A stretch of DNA of 64,000 nt from an uncultured Pseudomonadota bacterium (GTDB lineage Bacteria; Desulfobacterota; Binatia; Binatales; Binataceae), in NCBI GenBank assembly GCA_963837035.1, contig CAWIMH010000024.1, positions 26,385 to 90,384 on the forward strand, in the 5' to 3' direction. The notes under the pieces were generated by a model. It saw only the letters and a list, made by a program, of their open reading frames with translations, had not been told where the DNA came from and searched no databases. The translations under genes were made by a program, and so were the position numbers. Of the stretch, positions 38,816-48,415 are shown in pieces (the stretch's first letter is position 1; each line of letters opens with the position of its first letter).

Positions 38816-40939
38816 ATGAATTCCAAACGCCGTAGTGGCTTGATCATCACGTTGATTAGCGCGGTGGGCCTGGTGGTACTGAGTTCCGCTGCCCTGCGTG
38901 CTGCCGACGAGGCCAACCGCGAAGTTGCCGTCAATCTCAACGCCGGTGAGAGCTATGTCATCAAAGGGCTCAGCGCCGGCGGGACGCCCGCAGTCCATGT
39001 GATTACGAATCCCAATGCTCTCATCGTGCACGGCGAGGCACCCGGTGAACTGGTGCTGCTGGGCGCGTCGGCCGGCCAGTGGGCCATCGATGTGAAGACG
39101 GCCGAGGGCGAGAACGTTACCTACAAGGTAAACGTAAAGGCGATTGCCAGTCCCTTCAGCCATCCGCTGGAGGCCGGCAAGGCCCCGGCGCCATTGAGTG
39201 ATCCGGGCCTCGGCAGCAGCGCCGACAAATCGGCACCTTCGAGTACTGCACTCGATTCCGGGAGCGGTCCGGTAACGAACCCGAGCGCTCCGGCGCCTGT
39301 GGCCTCCGCTCCAGTGGCTGGATCGGAAACGGCGTCGGTTCCTCCGTTGTCCGGTTCCGCGGGGCTGACCGCGGGAGCCGTGACCGCAACCGCACCGGCG
39401 GCTTCCGCAGCAGCGGAACCCGCGCCAGCGTCGTCGGTTTCCGCATCATCGTCGTCAGCGTCCGCGTCATCGACGACCCCAGCGTCGGCACCTGCGCCGT
39501 CGAAGGAATCGTCTGCACCGATGACCGTCGCCGACAACAGCATCGAAGCCTCGACCGGCAGTGCCCCTGCGGCACCAGCCCCGGTCGCGGCCTCAGCCCC
39601 GGTCGCACCTCCCGCTGTTGCAACTCCGCCAAGCGCTCCGATCGTGACCGCTGACAGCGGCACCCCGGTAATGTCGAGCCAGGCAGGGTCGACCGCTCAG
39701 CAACTTCCGGCCGAACGATTCAAAACCGATCCTCTGGCCGTGCCGGGATCGGCGGTCGAAACTGCGGCGAGCGGAACCCATTACCTGCCCGATGACGCCG
39801 TCCTGATGAGCGCGGGTTCCTCGCATATTTTCGATTTCCCGCGGCGGATCAGGCGGGTATCGATCGCTGACACCGAGGTCGCCGACCTGCAGGTGATCAA
39901 CCCTTATCAGCTCAACTTGATTGGCCACAAAGCCGGGTTTACCACCCTCGCAGTGTGGGACGCCCAAGGTCGTTACGAAGAGCGTGAAGTCCGCGTTGAT
40001 CCTTTCGGCAAGCAACAAGTGCTGCTCAACGTGATCGTGGCGGAACTCAACCGCGGCCGTCTCGAACAGCAGGGTATCGACTGGACGGCAGCGCTGCCGC
40101 ACCAGGGCTTCTCGCTGGTGGGAATCGGACCTGGCGGCGTAGCGACTCCGTACTCAGCAACGTCAACTCTAACCTCGAGCACCTTGCTTGGCGCGGGCAC
40201 TGCCAACCAGGCGCTAATCCAGAGCACCGCCAACGGTACTCTGCCACCTCAGGGTCAGCTCATCCCGATGCTGTTGTCGCCGAACGTGAACTATGGCATC
40301 TCGGCGGGCAACGGCAACGTGCAGACCCAGGCGCTGTTCCAGTTTCTCGAGAATCACTCGCTGGCCAAGATTCTGGCCGAGCCGCATCTGTTGGCCAATT
40401 CGGGTGAAAAGGCGGAGTTTCTCTCGGGCGGTGAGATACCGATCGTCATTGCCCAGGCGCTCAATACCTCGATCGTTTTTAAGCAATTCGGCACTTCGGT
40501 TATCTTCGTGCCGACGGTGGTCGGGAAGGACACGATTGAGCTAGAAGTGAAACCTGAAGTCTCGGAGCCGGATTTTGCGCATGGAGTGAATATGTTCGGC
40601 TTCACAGTACCGGCGTTCGTTACTCGCCGGGCGCAAACCGCCGTACGGTTGCATAACAACCAGACCCTGATCGTCGCAGGGCTGCTCCTGCATACTAAGA
40701 CCTCCGAGGTGGACAAGACGCCGTATCTGGGCGACATTCCTTACCTGGGCGGGCTCTTCAAGCATACTAGCTATAACGATCAGGAGAGTGATCTGGTGAT
40801 GAGCGTGACGCCGCAGATGGTGCAGCCGCTCCCAGATAACGGAACCGTCGCCCTTCCGACCGATCGCGGTCCCATGACGGCTCGGGAAATTCAGACCGAA
40901 CGGCTCAACCAGACCGACGTAAGCCGGCCGCGGTTCTAG
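38816..40939 (+). CDS. cpaC: Flp pilus secretin CpaC/RcpA with long Ala/Ser/Pro-rich insert
   Basis: Signal peptide, BON-like VSIADTEVADLQVINPYQLNLIGHKAGFTTLAVWD, and secretin core ILAEPHLLANSGEKAEFLSGGEIPI and DKTPYLGDIPYLGGLFKHT. Confidence 0.85.
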   Translation: MNSKRRSGLIITLISAVGLVVLSSAALRAADEANREVAVNLNAGESYVIKGLSAGGTPAVHVITNPNALIVHGEAPGELVLLGASAGQWAIDVKTAEGENVTYKVNVKAIASPFSHPLEAGKAPAPLSDPGLGSSADKSAPSSTALDSGSGPVTNPSAPAPVASAPVAGSETASVPPLSGSAGLTAGAVTATAPAASAAAEPAPASSVSASSSSASASSTTPASAPAPSKESSAPMTVADNSIEASTGSAPAAPAPVAASAPVAPPAVATPPSAPIVTADSGTPVMSSQAGSTAQQLPAERFKTDPLAVPGSAVETAASGTHYLPDDAVLMSAGSSHIFDFPRRIRRVSIADTEVADLQVINPYQLNLIGHKAGFTTLAVWDAQGRYEEREVRVDPFGKQQVLLNVIVAELNRGRLEQQGIDWTAALPHQGFSLVGIGPGGVATPYSATSTLTSSTLLGAGTANQALIQSTANGTLPPQGQLIPMLLSPNVNYGISAGNGNVQTQALFQFLENHSLAKILAEPHLLANSGEKAEFLSGGEIPIVIAQALNTSIVFKQFGTSVIFVPTVVGKDTIELEVKPEVSEPDFAHGVNMFGFTVPAFVTRRAQTAVRLHNNQTLIVAGLLLHTKTSEVDKTPYLGDIPYLGGLFKHTSYNDQESDLVMSVTPQMVQPLPDNGTVALPTDRGPMTAREIQTERLNQTDVSRPRF

Positions 40940-40964
40940 GGGGGACTAAGGTCAGGAGCATTCA

Positions 40965-42194
40965 GTGACTGTGTTGGCGAACAAAGGCGAGGGACTGCGT
41001 GGCGCGTTGCGTGTTCTGCTGGTCGGTGAAGCAGACGATAAGCGCCACGAAGTGAAGAGTGCGCTCGCTTCCGTCGGTGACCCGTCACTGGAGATTATCG
41101 AGACGGTGCCCGGTCCGGGCAAAGCCGCCAACGGCGGGCCACCGCCCGATGTCACCATGGTCCTCTTCAATGGCGGAAACGAAGAGGCTTCTCTGAGCTA
41201 TCTCCAGAGCCAGGCCGAGGACGATTCTCCGTCCCGGCCTGTCTTGTTCGCCCTGGTGCAGGAGCGCTCGCCGGTGTTGATGCGCCGGATTCTGCGATCG
41301 GGCGCCGATGAACTGCTCTTTCTGCCGCTGGATATCGGAGATGCGACGCGCGCCCTGCTCAAGATCAGCGAGACCCGCCGCAAGGCTGAACGCGAAACCG
41401 GCGGAATTGTGGTCTCACTGGTAAGTACGGTCGGCGGCGTTGGGGTGACGAGTCTCACGGCGAATCTCGGCCTGGCGCTGCGCTACACGCTCAACAAGCG
41501 GGTAGCGGTGGTTGACCTTGACCTGCAGACCGGTGGTCTCGCGGTTTTTCTCAACCTCGAACCCGAACGCACCATCATGCAGTTGTGCGAGGAGGATCGG
41601 AAACTCGATTCGATCCAGCTCGAATCCGCGCTGACCAAGCATCCTTCCGGCATCTATCTGTTGGCGGCGCCGAAGCGCATCGAGGACAGTGAGCTGGTCG
41701 CGGACAAGATCATCGGCTCGGTGCTCGATCTGATGCGCCAGTTGTTCGATTTCGTGCTGGTCGACTGCGGCGGCTATATCGATGAAAACGCCGTGGCGGC
41801 CTGGGAGCGTTCCGATTACTTGTTCTATCTACTCGATCAGTCTATAGCGGCCGCCCGCTGTGCATGGCGTTTCGTCGATCTGTTTGGACGGCTGGGCCTT
41901 TCCGGAGTGGAGCCGAGCTTCATCCTGGGCCGTTATCAGGCACATCACCCGATCAGCGAGGAACAAATCACGCACACTCTCGGACGACCGATTTACGCGA
42001 AAATTCCGCGCGATGAAAAGGTGCTCGAGCGCGTCCAGTTGCGCGCACAAGACCTATGGCAAGTGGGGCCTGGCTCTTCGCTGGCGCGAGCCATCGAAGA
42101 CCTGGGGCGGCGGCTGTCGAGCGGGGGAGAAGCCATGGCCGAGCAGAGCGGAATAATGTCGCGGCTGTTATCAGCATTTGGGCAACGCAATTGA
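40965..42194 (+). CDS. cpaE: Flp pilus assembly ATPase-like protein CpaE/TadZ
   Basis: Degenerate receiver-like N-terminus and a ParA/MinD-type domain (IVVSLVSTVGGVGVTSLTANLG). Confidence 0.8.
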   Translation: MTVLANKGEGLRGALRVLLVGEADDKRHEVKSALASVGDPSLEIIETVPGPGKAANGGPPPDVTMVLFNGGNEEASLSYLQSQAEDDSPSRPVLFALVQERSPVLMRRILRSGADELLFLPLDIGDATRALLKISETRRKAERETGGIVVSLVSTVGGVGVTSLTANLGLALRYTLNKRVAVVDLDLQTGGLAVFLNLEPERTIMQLCEEDRKLDSIQLESALTKHPSGIYLLAAPKRIEDSELVADKIIGSVLDLMRQLFDFVLVDCGGYIDENAVAAWERSDYLFYLLDQSIAAARCAWRFVDLFGRLGLSGVEPSFILGRYQAHHPISEEQITHTLGRPIYAKIPRDEKVLERVQLRAQDLWQVGPGSSLARAIEDLGRRLSSGGEAMAEQSGIMSRLLSAFGQRN

Positions 42195-42206
42195 AGGATG
42201 TAAATC

Positions 42207-43565
42207 ATGAAACTCGTCGAACGAATCACTTCGCAGACCGCTACTCCCCAGAGTTCCGCGCGTCCTTCACTGATGACCGGGAATCAGGCTCGCCGCCAAC
42301 GTGACGTGCTCGCTGACGGCTTCCAGCAATTGAAGCTCGCCGTCCACAACCGTCTCTTCGAGACCCTGGACGTCTCGCGCCTCGAGAGTCTCGAGGCCAA
42401 CATGGCCGCGACCAAGGTCACTCAAGCGATCAGCGAAATTCTCGATGAAGAAGGCCGCCTGTTGACGGAAGCCGATCGGGCGCGCCTGGTCGAGGAGATC
42501 AAGAACGAGCTGCTCGGACTGGGACCCCTCGAACCGCTTTTGTGGGACGACGATGTCAACGATATCCTGGTCAACGGTCCAAACCAGGTCTACGTCGAAC
42601 GTCAGGGCAAACTTTACCTGACCGACGTTCGCTTCAACGATGACCAGCATCTGATGCTGATCATCGATCGTATCGTTTCACAGGTCGGCCGCCGGGTTGA
42701 CGAAGCCTCGCCGATGGTTGACGCCCGGCTGCCTGATGGGTCGCGTATCAACGCAATCATTCCGCCGCTTTCCCTCGATGGTCCGGCGCTCTCAATCCGG
42801 CGTTTCGGCAAAAAGCGCTATACCATCGACGACCTTATCGAGAAGGAAACCCTGACGCCCGACATGGTGGAGTTCATGCAAGCCATCATCCGCGCGCGCC
42901 TCAATCTGATTGTCTGCGGCGGTACCGGCTCGGGCAAAACTACGATGCTCAATTGCTTGTCGGCGTACGTCCCCGTCGATGAGCGTATCGTCACGATTGA
43001 AGACTCAGCCGAATTGCTCCTGCAGCAGCCGCACGTCGTGCGCTTGGAGACGCGGCCACCGAACGTCGAAGGCAAAGGCGAAATTACCCAGCGCGAACTG
43101 GTCAAGAACTGTCTGCGTATGCGCCCCGACCGCATCATCCTTGGCGAGGTCCGCGGCGCCGAGGTTCTGGACATGCTCCAGGCGATGTCGACCGGTCACG
43201 ACGGGTCGATCTGTACGCTCCACGCCAACACCCCCCGCGATGCCATGCAGCGCCTTGAGATGATGATGCTGCTGTCGGGGGCGAATATCCCGCAGCGCGC
43301 GATGCGCCAACAAATCGCGTCGGCCCTGAATCTGGTGATCCACGTAAGCCGCATGTCGGACGGTTCCCGCAAAGTGATGAAGATCTCCGAAATTTCAGGT
43401 ATGGAAGGCGACGTGGTGATGATGCAGGACCTGTTTGAGTTCAAGCGCACCGGCATCGGACCCGGGGGCAAGGTTCTCGGCCAGTTCCGCAACACCGGGG
43501 TACGCTCGATGTATACCGATCGCGTGGCGGCGGCCGGTTACCGCCTGGACTCCCAGGCCCGTTAG
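42207..43565 (+). CDS. cpaF: Flp pilus assembly ATPase CpaF/TadA
   Basis: Walker [24 protein letters not shown] and [12 protein letters not shown]. Intact 452 aa. Confidence 0.9.
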   Translation: MKLVERITSQTATPQSSARPSLMTGNQARRQRDVLADGFQQLKLAVHNRLFETLDVSRLESLEANMAATKVTQAISEILDEEGRLLTEADRARLVEEIKNELLGLGPLEPLLWDDDVNDILVNGPNQVYVERQGKLYLTDVRFNDDQHLMLIIDRIVSQVGRRVDEASPMVDARLPDGSRINAIIPPLSLDGPALSIRRFGKKRYTIDDLIEKETLTPDMVEFMQAIIRARLNLIVCGGTGSGKTTMLNCLSAYVPVDERIVTIEDSAELLLQQPHVVRLETRPPNVEGKGEITQRELVKNCLRMRPDRIILGEVRGAEVLDMLQAMSTGHDGSICTLHANTPRDAMQRLEMMMLLSGANIPQRAMRQQIASALNLVIHVSRMSDGSRKVMKISEISGMEGDVVMMQDLFEFKRTGIGPGGKVLGQFRNTGVRSMYTDRVAAAGYRLDSQAR

Positions 43566-43584
43566 CCGGGGGTGAGGTAACTCA

Positions 43585-44518
43585 ATGGATTTAATGCTTG
43601 CAAGCGGGGTCTTCGCGATTGTCTTTATCGCTCTGCTGGTGTGGCTGAGCACCCGCAGCGTTGAATCCGACCAGAGGCAGAGCCTGCTGCGACGCATGGC
43701 GCGGCCCGAGGAGGACCTCGACGTCAACATCACGCGCAAACCACCGCCGCGTGATGAAGGGGTCTTTTCTTTCCTCCTCCGCCTCAACCTGCTGCGTAAA
43801 CTCGAAGAAAACATGTGGCAGGCCGGTATCTACATGCGGGTCTCCGAGATGTTGCTCATCAACATCTTGATGATTCTTGCGGGATTTTTCCTCGGTGAAG
43901 CTATCTGGCGCGACGTCATGCTCGGCCTGGTGCCGGCCGCGGGACTCGGCTTGCTGCCCATCTTTTACATCCGCTGGCGTCGTGGCCGCCGCTTGCGCGC
44001 TTTCATCCAGCAGCTTCCCTTTGCGCTGGATCTGATGAAGTCGTCGCTCGAAGCCGGCCATTCGTTGAACCGCGGCCTGCAGGTCGTCGTGCAGGAATTC
44101 GGCGATCCCCTGGGTAGCGAGTTCCGCACTGTGCTTGAACAGACGCGCATCGGCCTACCGTTGCCGCGCGCGCTGGAAGATATGCTGAAGCGCGTCCCCG
44201 AAGAGGATCTGCGGCTGCTGGTCGTTGCGGTCAAGGTCCAAAATGAAGTCGGCTCGAGTCTCGCCGGCATCGTCGGCCGCCTGTCGGAGATCGTTCGTAA
44301 CCGCCAGCGTTTGCGGCTGCAGATCACGGCGTTCACGGCGCAGTCCCGCATGGGCGGAATGATCGTTGGCTGTCTGCCGATCATCGTACTCGCGGCATTT
44401 AGTCTGGTGCAGCCCAGCTACGCGCAGGCACTTTTCTACGATCCGACGGGCCAGAAAATCCTTAAGGCGGCGATAGTCCTGGATCATCATGGCGTTCGTG
44501 ACGATCGACGGCTGTTGA
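43585..44518 (+). CDS. tadB: Flp pilus assembly protein TadB (T2SS-F domain); 3' end uncertain
   Basis: T2SSF-type membrane protein (LPFALDLMKSSLEAGHSLNRGL). As sequenced, the ORF runs on into tadC (43585-44934), so local indels near 44480-44520 are likely. Confidence 0.7.
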
Positions 44519-44550
44519 AGGTTAAATATTATGGGGAGGCGTCCACGCTT

Positions 44551-45490
44551 ATGTCGTCCACGATTCTCATAACTTTGGCTGTATTTTGCTTGATGGGCGC
44601 CGGATGCTTCTCGCTCTACTACGCCCTTTATGGCAGCCATCGCGCGTTGGAGGAGCGGTTTGCCGATCTCGCGGTCAAGATTCGCGCTTCCCAGGGTGTG
44701 TTCGATGAAGACGCCCAGGAGGATGCAACCTTTAGCCGTACGCTCTTCAAGTGGGCGTCATCCCATGTGCCTGCGCCCCGGACCGATACCCCTGCCGGTG
44801 AAAAACTCCAGCAGACCCTGACACAGGCCGGATATTCCGGTTCCGGCCTCCCCGCACACCTTCCAGGTCTTTCGCTTTCTGTTCATGGCCGGACTGGCGT
44901 TCGTCGGCGTGCTCTACGGAGTCTTTGCCGGTAAGGCCCCGGGAGCAGTGATGATCTACGGTCTCGTGGGCGCCGGAGTGGGCTTCATGGGACCCCTGAT
45001 GTACATCCAGCGGAGCGCCCGCAGTCGTCAGTTCGCCATCTCCCGCCAGCTTTCCGACATACTCGACTTGCTAGTGGTTTGCGTCGAAGCCGGTCTCGGT
45101 CTTTACGAAGCCATCAAGATCGTCGGAACCGAGAGTGAGCGCCAGAAACAGGAGATCGGTCGCGAGCTCGCACTGGTCGCCGCCGAAATTTCGGCCGGAG
45201 CATCGCTCGGCCAGTCTCTGCGCAACCTTGCGGAACGCACTGCGGTCGAAGACATCAAACCGCTGGCAGCGACACTGATCCAGAGCGAACAGCTGGGCGC
45301 TCAGATCGCGCCCGCGCTGCACGCGAGTTCCGACGCGCTACGTACGCGCCGCCGTCTCCGCGCCGAGGAGGCCGCGCAGAAGACCACCATCAAGATTCTA
45401 TTTCCGCTGGTTCTGTTCGTGCTACCCGCGATGTTGTTGGTTATCGTTGGTCCCGCGGTCGTCCAGGTTATTCGCACGCTAGGCAAATAG
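44551..45490 (+). CDS. tadC: Flp pilus assembly protein TadC (T2SS-F domain); frameshift near 44850
   Basis: ATG at 44551 follows GGGGAGG. The N-terminus MSSTILITLAVFCLMGAG is in the frame of 43585-44934. The T2SSF domain (LSDILDLLVVCVEAGLGLYEAI) is in ORF 44885-45490. Confidence 0.7.
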
Positions 45491-45519
45491 CGGCGCTTCG
45501 CGATTCAGTTTCCGTCAAA

Positions 45520-45547
45520 ACGGGCCCGTCTCCGGGCCCGTTTTTTA
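45520..45547 (+). terminator. rho-independent terminator after tadC
   Basis: ACGGGCCC-GTCTCC-GGGCCCGT followed by TTTTTTAT. Confidence 0.65.
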
Positions 45548-45748
45548 TTGCCTTGACGCGACGCCGCGACCCTCGGTTAGACGCTCGCCATTCCCCCCCA
45601 TGTCCGCGCAGGTGCGCGCGCCTACGCCTCGCGCGCCATTCTGGCCGCACTCTCGCCGCCCCAAATAGCGTAAGGACGGCGTAAGGACGTAATGATCAGG
45701 ATTTGACGATCGAAATGTGCGGGAATCAGCCCGCCGTCGGATTGCGCA

Positions 45749-47230
45749 TTAGACTTCGGACAATCCCAGGCGCTTCATCAACCGGTACAATGTCGTACGA
45801 TCGACGCCTAACGCGGCTGCCGCAACGGCGCGATTACCTTTTGCCGCGTCCAGGGCGTCTTTGATTTTGCCCACCGCCGCGTGGTCGAGACATTCCTGAA
45901 GCGACTCAGTCGGGTTGCGGGTCGCAGCTTCCAGCGGCTCTACCAGCGGTTCCATCCGCGCCTCGCCGGGAACGGCCATTGGCGCATCCAGCGCGAAAGC
46001 ATCGGGCGTCAGCACCTCTGCACCGCTCATCACCACCGCTCGCTCGATTACGTTCTCGAGTTCGCGGACGTTGCCCTGCCACGAGTAGGCGATCAGGGCT
46101 CTTTCCGCGTCGGGCGACAGCGTAATCGGGCGGCCTGCTTCGGCGGAATAGAACGCCAGAAAGTGGCGTGCGAGCGGCAGAATGTCCTCGGGGCGCTCTC
46201 GCAGCGGAGGGATGCGCACCGGGATAACGTTCAACCGGAAATAGAGATCGGCCCGAAAATGACCCTCGGCCACTTCCTTGCGCAGAACCCGATTGGTCGC
46301 GGCCAGGATCCGCACGTCGACCTTGCGCGGTTTCGATGCGCCGACCCGTAGTACTTCGCCGTCCTCGAGAACGCGCAGGAGCTTGGCCTGGAAGTCCGGA
46401 CCGGCCTCCGCGATTTCGTCGAGAAACAGCGTGCCGTTCGACGCCCGCTCGAAACACCCGGCGCGCGCCGCGATTGCCCCGGTGAAGGAACCCTTCTCAT
46501 GACCGAAGAGTTCGCTTTCCACCACTCCGTCGGCAAAGGCTTTGCAATTGACCGCGATAAACGGCCCTTCCGCCCGGTTGCTCCAGTAATGGAGCATGCG
46601 CGCCACCAGTTCTTTGCCGGTGCCGCTTTCACCCTCGATCAATGCGGTCGATCGCGACGGCGCCACGCGGCGAATCATTGCCACCATTTGCCGGGTCTGC
46701 GCGCTTTCGGCGACGAACCCTGCCGCAGTGCTCGCGACGTCGAGCTGCTGCCGCAGGCGTCGGTTCTCGCGGCGCAGGCTGGTCATCTCGAGCGCGCGCG
46801 CGACGATCGCCGCCAGTTCTTCGTCGTCGATCGGCTTCGTTACGTAGTCAAAGGCGCCCTGTCGCATCGCGGCCACCGCGGTGCTCACGCTGGGGTCGCC
46901 AGTCAGCATCACTACGGGGATTTCCGGCCGCTTCGAATGAACCTTACGCAGGAGATCGATTCCGTCGGCGCCGTTGACCTGGACGGCGCACAGGATCACG
47001 TCGGCGCCTCGTTGCTCCAGCGCAGCAAGAGCGCTCTCGCCCCCGCTCGAAGTTTCACATTCGCATCCGGCTTTCGTCAGAGCACGCGCAGCCAGTTGCG
47101 CTACCGCATCCTCTTCGACGATTAATACACGCGCTTTCGATGTATCCACAGGCTCCGCCGCCACCCACTGACGCAAAGTTGCGCCTTTTGTTGGGCGTAC
47201 TGTGGCATATTCGTGCAGCAATGTCCACAT
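45749..47230 (-). CDS. sigma-54-dependent Fis-family transcriptional activator (NtrC-type) with atypical receiver domain
   Basis: The receiver domain is followed by an AAA+ domain (GESGTGKELVA, GAFTGA-type EKGSFTGA, LFLDEI) and a C-terminal HTH (AALGVDRTTLYRLMKRLG). The receiver reads DVILCAVQVNGADG where NtrC has DVLLSDIRMPGMDG. Confidence 0.85.
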   Translation of the reverse strand: MWTLLHEYATVRPTKGATLRQWVAAEPVDTSKARVLIVEEDAVAQLAARALTKAGCECETSSGGESALAALEQRGADVILCAVQVNGADGIDLLRKVHSKRPEIPVVMLTGDPSVSTAVAAMRQGAFDYVTKPIDDEELAAIVARALEMTSLRRENRRLRQQLDVASTAAGFVAESAQTRQMVAMIRRVAPSRSTALIEGESGTGKELVARMLHYWSNRAEGPFIAVNCKAFADGVVESELFGHEKGSFTGAIAARAGCFERASNGTLFLDEIAEAGPDFQAKLLRVLEDGEVLRVGASKPRKVDVRILAATNRVLRKEVAEGHFRADLYFRLNVIPVRIPPLRERPEDILPLARHFLAFYSAEAGRPITLSPDAERALIAYSWQGNVRELENVIERAVVMSGAEVLTPDAFALDAPMAVPGEARMEPLVEPLEAATRNPTESLQECLDHAAVGKIKDALDAAKGNRAVAAAALGVDRTTLYRLMKRLGLSEV

Positions 47231-47880
47231 ATCGGTCTAGCTTTGAAACGCTGGTTGAAAGTGGGAAAAATTAAGCTGGAACACTGTTGTTCAGCTGTAC
47301 CTTGGTAGCGGTCGATAGACTCCTCCTCAATTATTCGGCAAAAACTGCAGGGGTTGTAGAATTTTTGCGTTGCATGTTGTCACGCACTTGATGCAAACAT
47401 GCAAGTAGTTGTTCTCACTTGCACTCCCATGTTCTCTGTTGCTTAGAGTTGCCGTCGTACGCCAAGATGCACGCTAAAGACGTGCCAGCCGAATTCGACG
47501 CCTAAAATCAACATTCCCCAGAACTCCGCCACTCACCTCGCACTTTCAACTGTGCGATCACCAGCTTTTGTGGGGAGTAGTCGGCGATGCGTACCCCGCA
47601 GCCGTTTGTGCGCACGTGTGACACGCACTGAGGCACGTTGTGTTGCGCGAACGACGCACGAACGCTGCAAGGAGCGTGCGCGTCCGGATTCCGATGCGAT
47701 GACCACAGGGTGATCCGAAATGGTGGCGATGACTGGGCTCTCCTGTCCGCTGATGCACGACCGCATCCCTGGATCCGAGTTTGAGACCGTTAAAGGGCGG
47801 CTCCTGCCAATAAAGGGATCCCGTGCGCAGAGTACGCCGCACTGTTACCTGAGTAGAACTTTCAGTCGAATCGTTTGGAA

Positions 47881-47956
47881 TGGCTCCCCGGGCCGGATTC
47901 GAACCAGCGACCCGACGGTTAACAGCCGTCTGCTCTACCGACTGAGCTACCGGGGA
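47881..47956 (-). tRNA. tRNA-Asn (GTT), CCA encoded
   Basis: The reverse complement is TCCCCGGTAGCTCAGTCGGTAGAGCAGACGGCTGTTAACCGTCGGGTCGCTGGTTCGAATCCGGCCCGGGGAGCCA, which folds as a canonical cloverleaf. Confidence 0.9.
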
Positions 47957-48077
47957 GCGAGCCAAAGGCAACCTTTACTTGGTAACCGCCTTGGGTTCGG
48001 GAATCAAGAAGGAACGCCCTCGAGCCTCGGGTGCGCGTCTCGGTTCGCGATGCAGCCGGCCGTTTTGCTCCGGTTGA

Positions 48078-48350
48078 CTAGGTCTGGGAGTCTTCGCGCG
48101 CGACCCGCCTCGGGACTGGCGACTCCCCCAGCAGGCGCATGCCGTAGCGGACCATGCCCGCCAGTTTCTCGATCCGGTCGAGCAGTTCGTCCTGTTCAGG
48201 CGTCGGCGCATGTTCGAGGCGCTCGGCCGCCGCGGTCAGGCTCCTGCGCATGAGCATGACCGCATGCTCCAAATGCCGCTGATCGGTGAGCCGGCGCCGC
48301 GATCTCTCTCGCGCCGCCTGGATTTCGCGCAACTGGATTATCTCGGCCAC
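48078..48350 (-). CDS. hypothetical small helical protein
   Basis: 90-aa ORF MAEIIQLREIQAARERSRRR... No family recognised. Confidence 0.3.
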   Translation of the reverse strand: MAEIIQLREIQAARERSRRRLTDQRHLEHAVMLMRRSLTAAAERLEHAPTPEQDELLDRIEKLAGMVRYGMRLLGESPVPRRVAREDSQT

Positions 48351-48415
48351 GTAGCCGCTCCTGGCCCATCTCGGCTGATTATGCGCGCTCTGTCACTTAT
48401 GGACCAGCGGTCTGG

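Noticed and set aside
36584-47374. Shared 8-mer GCGTTGCA near the tad sigma-54 promoter (36584-36591) and in the activator's own leader (47367-47374), as a common binding site.
   Set aside because: A specific 8-mer is expected about twice by chance in 64 kb on two strands. There is no further extended similarity around the two sites.
47558-47971. 137-aa ORF overlapping the second tRNA-Asn.
   Set aside because: It runs through a canonical tRNA gene on the same strand and has no protein-like features. The 650-bp region is better treated as non-coding leader plus tRNA.
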